Assembly: GCA_035708305.1 (NCBI GenBank)
Contig: DASSSU010000030.1
Span: 9,649-73,648, forward strand
Direction: 5' to 3'
Source: Minisyncoccota bacterium
GTDB taxonomy: Bacteria > Patescibacteriota > Minisyncoccia > Phycocordibacterales > DASSSU01
DNA length: 64,000 nucleotides
Position numbers and translations under genes: made by a program. The notes under the pieces are model-generated. The model made no database searches, was not told the DNA's origin, and worked only from the letters and a program-made list of their open reading frames with translations. Positions 38,783 through 47,922 of this stretch are shown piece by piece (the first letter of the stretch is position 1; each line of letters starts with the position of its first letter).

Positions 38783-39307
38783 ATGCCACAAGAAGATAAA
38801 AATAAAAACCCGAAAGCGGATGATCCAGAGATGGAGAGCACTTCTGCAGACCGCCGGATGATTCCCGAGCGATCGGGAGGTTCATCATTTCGCGGTGCGC
38901 TTGATCGATTTTTTGATGACGGGTTTGAGCCGCTTGAGTTTTGGCGAAACCCGCGGGGGCTTGCGGCGCAGGTCAGTCGCAGCATGATGCCTCGCGTGGA
39001 CGTGTCTGAAACCGATATGGAAGTGAAGGTGGTCGCGGACGTTCCTGGGGTGGATCCCGATGATATTGAAATTGAGGTGCACGAAAACCGTATGACAATC
39101 AGTGGCAGCACGGAAAAAGAAATGCACTCTGATGAAAAGCCGTATCGGTATGAGCGATCGTATGGGTCGTTCCGAAGAGAGTTTACGCTTCCGGCGAAAG
39201 TCGAAGAAGAAGGAATCAGGGCAACATGCAAAGATGGTGTTTTGACTATCATGCTTCCAAAGGCCGAAGAAGAAAAGAAAAAGAAAATTCGCATTGAAAG
39301 AGGGTAG
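38783..39307 (+). CDS. Hsp20/alpha-crystallin small heat-shock protein
   Basis: ACD region VDVSETDMEVKVVADVPGVDPDDIEIEVHENRMTISG...FRREFTLPAKV...GVLTIMLPK. Ends with TAG. Confidence 0.85.
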   Translation: MPQEDKNKNPKADDPEMESTSADRRMIPERSGGSSFRGALDRFFDDGFEPLEFWRNPRGLAAQVSRSMMPRVDVSETDMEVKVVADVPGVDPDDIEIEVHENRMTISGSTEKEMHSDEKPYRYERSYGSFRREFTLPAKVEEEGIRATCKDGVLTIMLPKAEEEKKKKIRIERG

Positions 39308-39442
39308 CTAAAAAACGCGGGCAAGATTGCAGGCTTTTTAAGTAAATAAAAAAGAAAAAGAACCATTCAAAAATTTAAAAACAGAACCGAAGCGGGGAAA
39401 CTTCTTGCGGAGCAGCTTGCCAAATACCGCGATGAGCATCCT

Positions 39443-40042
39443 TTGATTCTCGCACTTCCTCGCGGAGGGGTGCCGGTCGGTTTTGAAGTGGCGAAATTTT
39501 TTCATACGATGCTCGACACCGTCGTAGCGCGGAAAATAGGAATGCCCGAAAACCCGGAGCTCGGGGTGGGAGCAATCGCGCCCGGGGATGTGATCGTTTT
39601 TGACGAAGGTGCGATGAAGTTTTTGGGGTATCGGAAAAAAGATTTTGAAAAAGTCGCCAGGGAAGAAATGGAGGAAATGGATCGGCGGATCGTGCGATAC
39701 CAGAGCGGGGAGTACAGTATGAACATTGTACCAAAAACGGTGATCGTGGTGGACGACGGGATTGCGACTGGAGTGACTGCCCGCGCGGCGGTCGCCTCGG
39801 TGAAGATCACGCAAAATCCGGAAAAAATAATTTTTGCCACACCGGTGTGCGCTCGGGAATCCGCGGACGTGGTACGCGGTGCGGTGGATGAGTTTGTGTG
39901 TCTCCATGAAGTAGAGCATCTCATGTCCGTGGGCGAGTGGTATGATGACTTTCCGCAAACGACGGACGACGACGTGATCGCGCTTTTGGAAACATCCAAA
40001 GAGCGGTTCTGTCTCGAGGAGGATGAAAGAAGGGAGGAGTGA
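39443..40042 (+). CDS. phosphoribosyltransferase-domain protein (COG1926-like)
   Basis: PRPP-binding VIVVDDGIATGVTARAA and ALPRGGVPVG. In-frame homology (FKNRTEAGKLLAEQLAKYRDEHP) extends upstream to about 39350 with no ATG/GTG/TTG, so the annotated TTG start at 39443 probably truncates the true N-terminus. Confidence 0.65.
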   Translation: MILALPRGGVPVGFEVAKFFHTMLDTVVARKIGMPENPELGVGAIAPGDVIVFDEGAMKFLGYRKKDFEKVAREEMEEMDRRIVRYQSGEYSMNIVPKTVIVVDDGIATGVTARAAVASVKITQNPEKIIFATPVCARESADVVRGAVDEFVCLHEVEHLMSVGEWYDDFPQTTDDDVIALLETSKERFCLEEDERREE

Positions 40043-40054
40043 AAAAAGTAATAA

Positions 40055-40537
40055 TTACAGCAATTTTTTGATTTCTTCCAAATAATTTTTTGTCAGCTCG
40101 TGTTCAGTTTCAGGGATGAGAATGTCTCCTGGTTCTTCTTCTTTTTCACCGTACAGGATGGTTTGCTTTTCTGCTTTGTGCGTCTCTGAGAGGTTTGCTT
40201 TTATATCATCGACAAATTCACGGCCGCATAAATCGTAAAAATCTTTCAATATCTCCGGATCGGTAAAGTTATGGCGTGGAGTCATTGAAGCGAGTATTAA
40301 ATACTCAACTGAGTATTTTTGTGCAACCATCCATCCCAGAACAGCGCCGAGAGAAAAACCAAAAATAGTACTTTGTGGTTCTGCTTTAAAAATTTGTTTT
40401 GAAAGCGGTTTTTTCCAGTCAATTGATTTGATGAAAACTTGGTAATTTTTTGCCCCCGCAAGTTTCTTTAAAGTTTGGTATGCTTCTTCCTCCCCGGTAT
40501 CTTCCCAGCCAGCAACAATGTAGAGTGTTTTTGACAT
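40055..40537 (-). CDS. small alpha/beta-hydrolase-like protein
   Basis: MSKTLYIVAGWEDTGEEEA and GFSLGA (GxSxG). Start at the internal ATG (the track ORF extends to 40717). Confidence 0.45.
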   Translation of the reverse strand: MSKTLYIVAGWEDTGEEEAYQTLKKLAGAKNYQVFIKSIDWKKPLSKQIFKAEPQSTIFGFSLGAVLGWMVAQKYSVEYLILASMTPRHNFTDPEILKDFYDLCGREFVDDIKANLSETHKAEKQTILYGEKEEEPGDILIPETEHELTKNYLEEIKKLL

Positions 40538-40690
40538 AGAATGAAAAAAAGAACGCAAGAGTCTTGTGTGTTCGTATTGTATTATGAACGAGGATGAAAA
40601 CAAGTCAAAAACTATTAAAATTCTTTGGACTTGGCAGGAAGGGAAAAAAGGGTATGATGAACTCGGATGTACCCAAAAGAGGAAGATGAG

Positions 40691-41098
40691 ATGAATGAAA
40701 TTGCACGGAATGACCAAGCTCGCGCAGCATTAACCGATTTTATAGGGGAAAACTGTCAACCTTTTCGCCCGTACGCAGTCTATCGGCGAAACACCAGAAG
40801 AATCGAAGCTGTCTTTCGCGATTGCAGCACTGAAGAAATTTTTCTCGGCAGAAGTGGGGTGATCAGCATTCTGAAGGACTCACATTCTGAAAAAGTGGCC
40901 GGCGTGACGATGCGTTGTGATCTTGAACTTCTTTTGAGGGAAGAAGAAGGTGGAAGTTTGTCACTGCGAAACGCTTTGAAACGCTTTCTGAAAAAATTGA
41001 TGGTTTATGATCCGGATGCGTTCAAGGAAATAATTAAAAGATACCGCGCATTGCGCCGTCTCGTGAACAAAGATCTCATGATCAAAATCTTGGACTAA
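40691..41098 (+). CDS. hypothetical protein
   Basis: ORF only. Confidence 0.3.
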   Translation: MNEIARNDQARAALTDFIGENCQPFRPYAVYRRNTRRIEAVFRDCSTEEIFLGRSGVISILKDSHSEKVAGVTMRCDLELLLREEEGGSLSLRNALKRFLKKLMVYDPDAFKEIIKRYRALRRLVNKDLMIKILD

Positions 41099-41168
41099 GT
41101 TCCATCCAAAATAATAGATTCAATTTAAGGCTGTCTTGATGGGGCAGCCTTTTTGCAAAAGAAGAGGG

Positions 41169-42425
41169 TCAAAGAGCTTCAGGGATTTTGCTTTCGTCCA
41201 AGGTTTGAATTTCCGGAAGTCGCACTTTTTCTGTCTCCACACACTTCCCATACTCTTCGTAAATGTCCTCCCATTTTTCTGAGATTTTTGAAGCTTCGAA
41301 TTTCTCTATCTTTTCCTTGGCATTTTCTCCCATTTTTTTTCGGGTTTCTTCATTTTCCAAGAGGAATTGGATTTTTGATGCAAGTGTTTCTGCGTCGTCA
41401 TACCGCATGACAAAGCCGGTGTCTTCGGTAATGTATTCTCGGAGGCCGCGTGCATCGGCACCGACGGCTGGCAATCCCGCAGCGTAGGCTTGCGCGAGCG
41501 TGAGAGGCTGGTTCTCGGCTGTGCCGAAGATCGCAAAAATATCTGAAGCTTTGTAAAATTCCGAGAGCTGTGCGGGTTCGACAAATCCCATAAAGTGTAC
41601 GTTTGCTTGGAGCGAGAGCGATCGAGTGAGCGATTTCAGCTCTTTTTCCGTGGAACCGTGTCCGGCGATCACGAACTGTACGTCAGGAATCTTTTCCTTC
41701 ACTTTCGGGAGCGCGCGCAAAATCGTATCGACGTGCTTTTCCGGGGCGAGTCTCCCGCAGTAAAAAACAGTGGGTCCATCGAAATGGTATTTTTCTTTCA
41801 AAGATTTTTTCTCACTTTCGGTTGCGGGTGAAAACATTTCCAGAGAAAGCGGATTGACGATCACCTCCGCCGGAGCTTTCAGGCCCTGGCTTTGCATGTC
41901 GCGAAGAAGCCCCTGCGCGGGGGTGCTCACAAAACGGCAGTGATTGTAGTACCAAGCAACATAAGAATGCATCGAACGCAAAATCACGCCTCGCCGAAGT
42001 GAGGACGGGAAAAATTCATCGATAAACGTATGGTTGGTGCCGATGAGCGGAATGCGTAATTTTTTTGCTATTTTGATCGCTTCCAAACCGGTGCCGAAAA
42101 ATGATTGGGTATGAATGATATCTGGTTTAAAGGAGTCTAAAAACTGGAGAGAACGCTCGCCTCCGACGGGGAGGACGACCCGGGATTGTCCGGTAGGGGA
42201 AAACGGCAGCGGAAGGGAGGGAAGGCGGAATGCCCGGAATGAGCGATCTTCTTTTTCTTCCTCCAAAGACCGTCCGGATTTTTGGTAATCTTTTTCCGAA
42301 TACCGCGGGCCAACGTAGCGCACTTCATGCCCCCGTTTCTCAAGCTGCTTTCCGAGAATCATGATCGAATCGGCGATGCCGCTTACCTCAGGATAAAAGT
42401 TGTCCGAAAAAAAAACAATGCGCAT
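41169..42425 (-). CDS. glycosyltransferase family 4 (GT-B, retaining)
   Basis: MRIVFFSDNFYPEVSGIADSI N-terminus. C-terminal E-x7-E region FVIAGHGSTEKE...FMGFVEPAQLSEFYKASDIFAIFGTAENQPLTLAQAYAAGLPAV. Confidence 0.8.
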   Translation of the reverse strand: MRIVFFSDNFYPEVSGIADSIMILGKQLEKRGHEVRYVGPRYSEKDYQKSGRSLEEEKEDRSFRAFRLPSLPLPFSPTGQSRVVLPVGGERSLQFLDSFKPDIIHTQSFFGTGLEAIKIAKKLRIPLIGTNHTFIDEFFPSSLRRGVILRSMHSYVAWYYNHCRFVSTPAQGLLRDMQSQGLKAPAEVIVNPLSLEMFSPATESEKKSLKEKYHFDGPTVFYCGRLAPEKHVDTILRALPKVKEKIPDVQFVIAGHGSTEKELKSLTRSLSLQANVHFMGFVEPAQLSEFYKASDIFAIFGTAENQPLTLAQAYAAGLPAVGADARGLREYITEDTGFVMRYDDAETLASKIQFLLENEETRKKMGENAKEKIEKFEASKISEKWEDIYEEYGKCVETEKVRLPEIQTLDESKIPEAL

Positions 42426-42436
42426 GGTTTGGTTCT

Positions 42437-43072
42437 TTAGCTTTCCTGTAATTTTTCGGCAATCTCCTCGGACACTTTTTTGAAGGCGTAATAAAATCCG
42501 ATGAAGAAAAGTGCGAGGATCAGCAGGCCGACTATTTTGTAATACTGAAAAAAGGTTTGGTACGAGGTGCCCATGAGATAGCCCACGAGAAGAAAGGCGA
42601 GATTTTTGGGGAGCGTGACCAAAACGGAAATAATGGTAAAAGTGCGGTAGCTGAGTTTTGAAGTTCCCGCGGCGATGAATCCCGGCCCGGGAATGAACGG
42701 TGCGATCTTGAGAATGATGATCGCTTTGATCTTGTGTTTTTCAAAAACGTGATCAAAAACTTCCATTCTTGCTTTGGTAAGCCCCACCCAGTGCCCGTGC
42801 TCTTCCAGGAATTTTGCTTTTGCTATTTTTCCGATCGAAAAGTAAAGCAGGTCCGGAATGACATCACCGAGCACCGAGATGAGAAAAACGAGGAGGAAGT
42901 TGAAGTATCCGAGCGTGATCAAAAAGCCGGCAATGGCGGTGATAATCGGCCCCTCGATGGCAGTTGCCAGAAAGAGCAGTCCGTAACCGTAGTGTATGAT
43001 GTCTGGGAGTGCTTGGAAAAACATGAGTGTTACCTTGCCCAAAGCTGCATACCGAAATGTCTCGGGCGGCAT
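42437..43072 (-). CDS. DedA/SNARE-associated (TVP38/TMEM64) family membrane protein
   Basis: LLFLATAIEGPIITAIAGFL, LGDVIPDLLYFSIGK, KIAPFIPGPGFIAAG (DedA re-entrant loop motifs). Confidence 0.8.
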   Translation of the reverse strand: MPPETFRYAALGKVTLMFFQALPDIIHYGYGLLFLATAIEGPIITAIAGFLITLGYFNFLLVFLISVLGDVIPDLLYFSIGKIAKAKFLEEHGHWVGLTKARMEVFDHVFEKHKIKAIIILKIAPFIPGPGFIAAGTSKLSYRTFTIISVLVTLPKNLAFLLVGYLMGTSYQTFFQYYKIVGLLILALFFIGFYYAFKKVSEEIAEKLQES

Positions 43073-43208
43073 TGAACCCCTTCAGTATACCATTTGGGCG
43101 ATGGTATTTGAATGATCTCAATTTTCAGTGAAGAATTGACGGCATGGTACAATAAGAGGCACGTGCGTAACTTTCAAAGCGAGAGGCAGCAATGAAATTC
43201 TCAATCAT

Positions 43209-43844
43209 ATGTTTCAACTCATTCCTTTTATTAAAGCGGCGGGGTACGTCGGTGTCGGCGGGCTGGTTTTTGCCGAGTCGGGGCTTTTGTTTGGATTTTT
43301 TTTCCCAGGCGACAGTCTGCTTTTTACCGCTGGGCTGCTTGCGTCTCAGGGGTATCTGAACATCTTCATTCTTCTTGGTGTTACTTTTTTCTCTGCGGTG
43401 GTGGGCGACAGTGTGGGGTATGCGATCGGGAAAAAAGCCGGGCCGAAGATCTTTAACAAACAAGAATCCATCTGGTTTCATCCGAGTCATGTGGAGCGGG
43501 CAAACGCGTTTTTTGAAAAGTATGGCTCCAAAGCGATTGTGTTTGCGCGGTTTGTGCCGGTCGTGCGAACGTTTGTCCCGGTGATCGCCGGGGTGGGGAT
43601 GATGAAGTACAAAAAGTTTTTTGTAAGCAACGTGATCGGCGCGCTCTTGTGGGCGGTTGGTGTGGTGTGTGCGGGGTTTTTCCTTGGGCAGGTGTTTCCA
43701 AACGCCGAGCACTATCTGCTGCCGATCATTATTTTCATCATCGTACTTTCGTTCTTGCCGGCTCTCGTGCACCTCTGGCGTGATGAAAGCGCCCGAAAGC
43801 AATTGGTAGAAATGTGGAAGAGAATGATGAGTCGGAAGAAGTAA
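43209..43844 (+). CDS. DedA family membrane protein
   Basis: GLVFAESGLLFGFFFPGDSLLFTAG, VGDSVGYAIGK, ARFVPVVRTFVPVIAG. Confidence 0.8.
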   Translation: MFQLIPFIKAAGYVGVGGLVFAESGLLFGFFFPGDSLLFTAGLLASQGYLNIFILLGVTFFSAVVGDSVGYAIGKKAGPKIFNKQESIWFHPSHVERANAFFEKYGSKAIVFARFVPVVRTFVPVIAGVGMMKYKKFFVSNVIGALLWAVGVVCAGFFLGQVFPNAEHYLLPIIIFIIVLSFLPALVHLWRDESARKQLVEMWKRMMSRKK

Positions 43845-43875
43845 AAATTAGAGTTAAATTGGAGAAAGCAAAATT

Positions 43876-44559
43876 TTAGATTATCGTACTACGTTTCCGC
43901 ATGATGTAAATCTGTTTCACTGCCGAAAGAGGACTAATGGTTTTAAAGATTTCGATCATCATTCTCGTATCAGCTCTTACTCCTTTTATCCAGCCATATT
44001 TCCGATATTTGTATGGACTGGAAACGTTTTTCCACCGAACGATTGCGATATTGCTTTTTTGGTCTATTAGCAACTTGTTGAAAAAAACCTCAAGAGCGAA
44101 TCCGGATAGATGTTCTATATTTGCCATATGATGATCAAAAAAAGAACGAGGAAAGACTCTCTCGCCTGAAATATAGTCTATTCCGATAATGCGCCACACA
44201 AGTGGAGCGTTTCCGCGTAAGCTTATACTCACATCGACCTTATTTTTTATGACCGGCTCGATAAGAAGATCAATATCAGAAGGAGTGAGACCAGTGAGAT
44301 CTGCGTCTAACAAAAGAATAAAATCTCCGGAAGCATTTTGAATACCATGGTACACCGCTTTGCTTTTTCCCTCGTTTTTTGAGTGAGAAAGAAGTTTGAC
44401 ATGAGAAAATTTTTTTACAACTTCTGCGGTATTATCTGTAGAACAGTCGTCTACTACAATAATTTCTTTTATATAAGAGCTTTTTGAAACCGTCTGCAAA
44501 ACGATACCGATACGGGCTTCTTCGTTGTAGGCGGGGATGATGCAGGAAACGTTCTTCAT
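43876..44559 (-). CDS. glycosyltransferase family 2, polyprenol-phosphate (DPM1/GtrB-like) glycosyltransferase
   Basis: VSCIIPAYNEE, IIVVDDCSTDNT, ILLLDADL (DxD). Confidence 0.8.
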   Translation of the reverse strand: MKNVSCIIPAYNEEARIGIVLQTVSKSSYIKEIIVVDDCSTDNTAEVVKKFSHVKLLSHSKNEGKSKAVYHGIQNASGDFILLLDADLTGLTPSDIDLLIEPVIKNKVDVSISLRGNAPLVWRIIGIDYISGERVFPRSFFDHHMANIEHLSGFALEVFFNKLLIDQKSNIAIVRWKNVSSPYKYRKYGWIKGVRADTRMMIEIFKTISPLSAVKQIYIMRKRSTII

Positions 44560-45128
44560 AGTTCTTTTTCTTTCACTTTTTTTCGGAGGAAAAAAATAAT
44601 TACTGCTGCTATCGTGATTAAGCCAATAATAAGAGTTGCTGTTTCAATATCTTTGTTGATTTTATTGTATGCATATCCGAGATAGTAACCAATAACAATA
44701 AAAAATAATGATTTTGGAATTGTGCCAAGGAGATTGTACCATAAGAATTTTGAAAGAGGCATTTTTGCAACCCCCGCAGCGATAAGAATAACAAAGCCCG
44801 AAGCATGGGTAAGCTTACCAAAAAGAAGCGTTCTCCCTCCCTTTGTTTGAAATCGTTTCTCAAGCTGTTTCATGTGTTTTTCCTGAGATTTAAAATATTT
44901 TTGAAATATTTTTTCTCCCCACCACCGTCCAGGCGCATAATGAAGCACATCTCCCACGAGGTCTGCCACAACAACCACCGCAAGAACAAGGTAAATATTA
45001 AAAAAACCCTGAAGTACCAGAAAACTTGCAATAACGGAAATAATGGGTCCTTCAATCACGGCGATCAAGAAAAGAAGGACATATCCATAATGTTGGAGTA
45101 GAAATATGGTAGTATCAAGTGTTGGCAT
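44556..45128 (-). CDS. DedA family membrane protein (third paralog)
   Basis: LLFLIAVIEGPIISVIASFLVLQG, VADLVGDVLHYAPGR, FGKLTHASGFVILIAAG. Confidence 0.75.
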   Translation of the reverse strand: MPTLDTTIFLLQHYGYVLLFLIAVIEGPIISVIASFLVLQGFFNIYLVLAVVVVADLVGDVLHYAPGRWWGEKIFQKYFKSQEKHMKQLEKRFQTKGGRTLLFGKLTHASGFVILIAAGVAKMPLSKFLWYNLLGTIPKSLFFIVIGYYLGYAYNKINKDIETATLIIGLITIAAVIIFFLRKKVKEKEL

Positions 45129-45239
45129 CACGGTCTCAGTATACCATCTCCTCCGCGATGAAACCGCTCGGAAGCAGCTCGCCGAGGTGTGGAGGAGGGT
45201 GAGGAGTCGGAAGAAATAAATATACAAAATTCAGTACAC

Positions 45240-45917
45240 TCACTTCAAATTAACTCCGCTCATATTCAAAATTTCCTTTGCTGGTTTGCGGGTTAGTGTA
45301 AGAACAGTTTCGTTTGGTTTTTTCTCCAAGGCTTTTTGGATGATATAAAAACCTACAGAATATCCAAGCCATTTCGGAATTTCTGAATTGACTCCGTGGA
45401 ACCATTCTGGGTAATTGCACGGCTCTGCGGGGTTCGAGCATTTTGTTTTTATAAGTGAAAGATATTCCTGAATAATTTTCTCATTAACGAGAAGCCATGG
45501 AGGAGCATATCTTGTCCATTGTTCCTTTTCAAAAGCGCCTGCCAATCCTTCGGTGACAAGAAGTTCTTCAAGTGTTTCTCCAAAACCTTGTGTTTGCCAT
45601 CGTTTGAGATGATTGAATTCGTGGAAAATCGCTCCAGGTACTCTTGTTTCTAGTATCTCCTCGGCTGTGTGTTTTTTTTCGGTCATATCGATAGAAATTT
45701 GAACCCAATCTTCTGTGGGTGTGTACCCCCCCTCTCCGGTTTCAGAAATTGTCCAGGAAGCTTTTGGGTACACTGTTACATTCACCGGAAAAGTTAAATC
45801 AAGCAGAGAAGCGGCTTGATTACTATAATTTTCCACAATCTTGTGAAGTTGCTTTTCTTCTTCTTTTCTTAGCTCGGAAGTGTGAAGAATATGGACATAT
45901 ATATTTTTTTGATTCAT
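45240..45917 (-). CDS. DUF2268-like predicted Zn-dependent protease
   Basis: HEFNH (HExxH) in GAIFHEFNHLKRWQ. Confidence 0.5.
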   Translation of the reverse strand: MNQKNIYVHILHTSELRKEEEKQLHKIVENYSNQAASLLDLTFPVNVTVYPKASWTISETGEGGYTPTEDWVQISIDMTEKKHTAEEILETRVPGAIFHEFNHLKRWQTQGFGETLEELLVTEGLAGAFEKEQWTRYAPPWLLVNEKIIQEYLSLIKTKCSNPAEPCNYPEWFHGVNSEIPKWLGYSVGFYIIQKALEKKPNETVLTLTRKPAKEILNMSGVNLK

Positions 45918-46003
45918 ACAAAAATTTTATAGGAAAAAATTATTTACTCAATTAATTTTTTTTGTTAAGGTTAATTAGGATTAATACTATAACCGTATGC
46001 TTT

Positions 46004-46675
46004 ATGAATAGAAAAAATATTTGGAAGGGAACCAAGGTTTATTTGATCTATACATTTGTATTTTCTATACTTCTTGTCCCTGCAACGTACGCAGTTTCTG
46101 TATATGCCGTAACTTATCCAAGTCGGGGACTTTTTAAGATGAGCCTTAACAAAACTGTGGACCGTGGACAAATTGGAATGTCATCCACACGCTCTTATGA
46201 CTCAGATATTATTGCTGCTTATTCAAAAGTTCAAAGTTCCACGACCGGATACTCTCAAATGCCTTCCAGTATTTGGCCAAATGGTTATGACATGATTCAA
46301 AATAACTGGACGGGAACATGGAATAATTATGTGGACATTATGTTTACCTGGAAAGACAGAACAGGGGATTCTGTTGGAGAGACTTATTCTTATGCAGAAC
46401 CAAGTAGCTGGTGCACATTTTGGGGTCAGTCATATCCGTGTGGCAATTATTCAGTTATACAAATAGACACTACGCGGTGGGCAAATTATGGAGCAGGTTC
46501 TCTTAGACAGCGTTTGATCGAACACGAAACTGGACACGCAGTAGGTATGTACGACTATTGTAGTTCGGATAGTATCATGAATAACGGTGATCCATCTTGC
46601 AATAATGGAAAATGGACAGCGGTAATGTATTACCAACCAATTGATCGAACCAACACGAGTGCTGTTTATCAATAG
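46004..46675 (+). CDS. secreted metalloprotease, snapalysin (M7)-like
   Basis: Signal/TM KVYLIYTFVFSILLVPATYAVSVYA. HETGHAVGMYDY (HExxHxxGxxD zinc site) followed by SIM (Met-turn-like). Ends with TAG. Confidence 0.5.
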   Translation: MNRKNIWKGTKVYLIYTFVFSILLVPATYAVSVYAVTYPSRGLFKMSLNKTVDRGQIGMSSTRSYDSDIIAAYSKVQSSTTGYSQMPSSIWPNGYDMIQNNWTGTWNNYVDIMFTWKDRTGDSVGETYSYAEPSSWCTFWGQSYPCGNYSVIQIDTTRWANYGAGSLRQRLIEHETGHAVGMYDYCSSDSIMNNGDPSCNNGKWTAVMYYQPIDRTNTSAVYQ

Positions 46676-46701
46676 TAATTACTACTTAACATATAGAAAG
46701 T

Positions 46702-47178
46702 ATGCAACACTTACTCTTAAACAAGAATAAATTTATTATTGCTGGATCTCTCATCAGTGCTCTTGTATTAACCTTTACAGTTATTTCTCCCGCTCTTGTT
46801 GATGCTCAACAAGATATGCTTACTCAAACAAATTGTGCAAATCTTCAGTACCCCTCAAAAGAAGAACCAACTATTCTTACTGACACGGAAACGGGTCTTA
46901 TAAATATTAGTTATACAGATTCAAGCGGCACAAAAAAACAAACGCAGTTAAATTTTAAAAAAGATAATCCTGATAAATGCTCAAATCAGGGCAGAAGAAT
47001 CTTAACGGATGTAAAGGAGTACCAAGCAAAGTACAACTCCGATATGTGTAACGAAATGACCGAAATCGTGGAAGGTAAGAAAGCAATGCCTGTTTTGGAT
47101 GAAAAACGGCCAACCATGGATCAAGCAAAAGCTTTTCAGAGGTCAATTTGTGCAATGAATGCTCAAAATGGTAAATAA
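46702..47178 (+). CDS. secreted hypothetical protein
   Basis: Signal peptide FIIAGSLISALVLTFTVISPALVDA. Cys-containing small protein. Confidence 0.4.
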   Translation: MQHLLLNKNKFIIAGSLISALVLTFTVISPALVDAQQDMLTQTNCANLQYPSKEEPTILTDTETGLINISYTDSSGTKKQTQLNFKKDNPDKCSNQGRRILTDVKEYQAKYNSDMCNEMTEIVEGKKAMPVLDEKRPTMDQAKAFQRSICAMNAQNGK

Positions 47179-47198
47179 TTCTGTATTTATTTCAGAAA

Positions 47199-47801
47199 AT
47201 GCAGATAATGAACAGAAAATATATTTTAGGTTTCCTTATTCTGGCCATACTTGTTATTACTGGAGGAGTTTATATCTGGAAAATCTCTTTTGTTCCTGAA
47301 GCAAAAAATCAGCTACCGGGCAGTTTGCAAAAAGCTGTTTCTCAGGTTGAAAAAGCGGGCACTCCGGAAGTGGGTTCCGACTGGAAACCATATCAGCCCA
47401 AAAAGCTCCAGCTTACTTTCAAATATCCACCAAATCTGTTGATCCAAGAAACATCCGACGGAATTCATATTTATGCTAATACGCCGGAAAATCGGGCGTT
47501 CATTCAAAACCCGAGCGAATACGAAGGAAGCAGACCAGGGATGTCTTTTCGTCTTATCGATTCCAATCAAACTCCGGAAGATTTTGCACAAAAATCTTTT
47601 CCAGATCAACCCAAAGCAACGGTTACTTTGTTTGGAGGAAAAGCACTCGTGCTTGCCGGGCAGGGAATGGATCAGTGGGATATGATTCTCTTTTCGCACG
47701 ATCACGCTTTGTACCAAATAACGATTCAGTATGCATCTTTGAATGACCCGGCGCGGAAAACTTTTTACGGCATTCTCTCAAGTGTCCATTTTCTTCAGTG
47801 A
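47199..47801 (+). CDS. membrane-anchored hypothetical protein
   Basis: N-terminal TM segment YILGFLILAILVITGGVYIW. Confidence 0.4.
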   Translation: MQIMNRKYILGFLILAILVITGGVYIWKISFVPEAKNQLPGSLQKAVSQVEKAGTPEVGSDWKPYQPKKLQLTFKYPPNLLIQETSDGIHIYANTPENRAFIQNPSEYEGSRPGMSFRLIDSNQTPEDFAQKSFPDQPKATVTLFGGKALVLAGQGMDQWDMILFSHDHALYQITIQYASLNDPARKTFYGILSSVHFLQ

Positions 47802-47922
47802 CTCAAGTGAGCCGGATGGAAAAGTTCGATTTTGGGGCTTGTAAACAGTGTGGACAACGAAAGAAAAGAGAGTACTATAGAGGTTTATTTTAAAAAATTT
47901 ACCTGTTTTTTATTTCACCACT

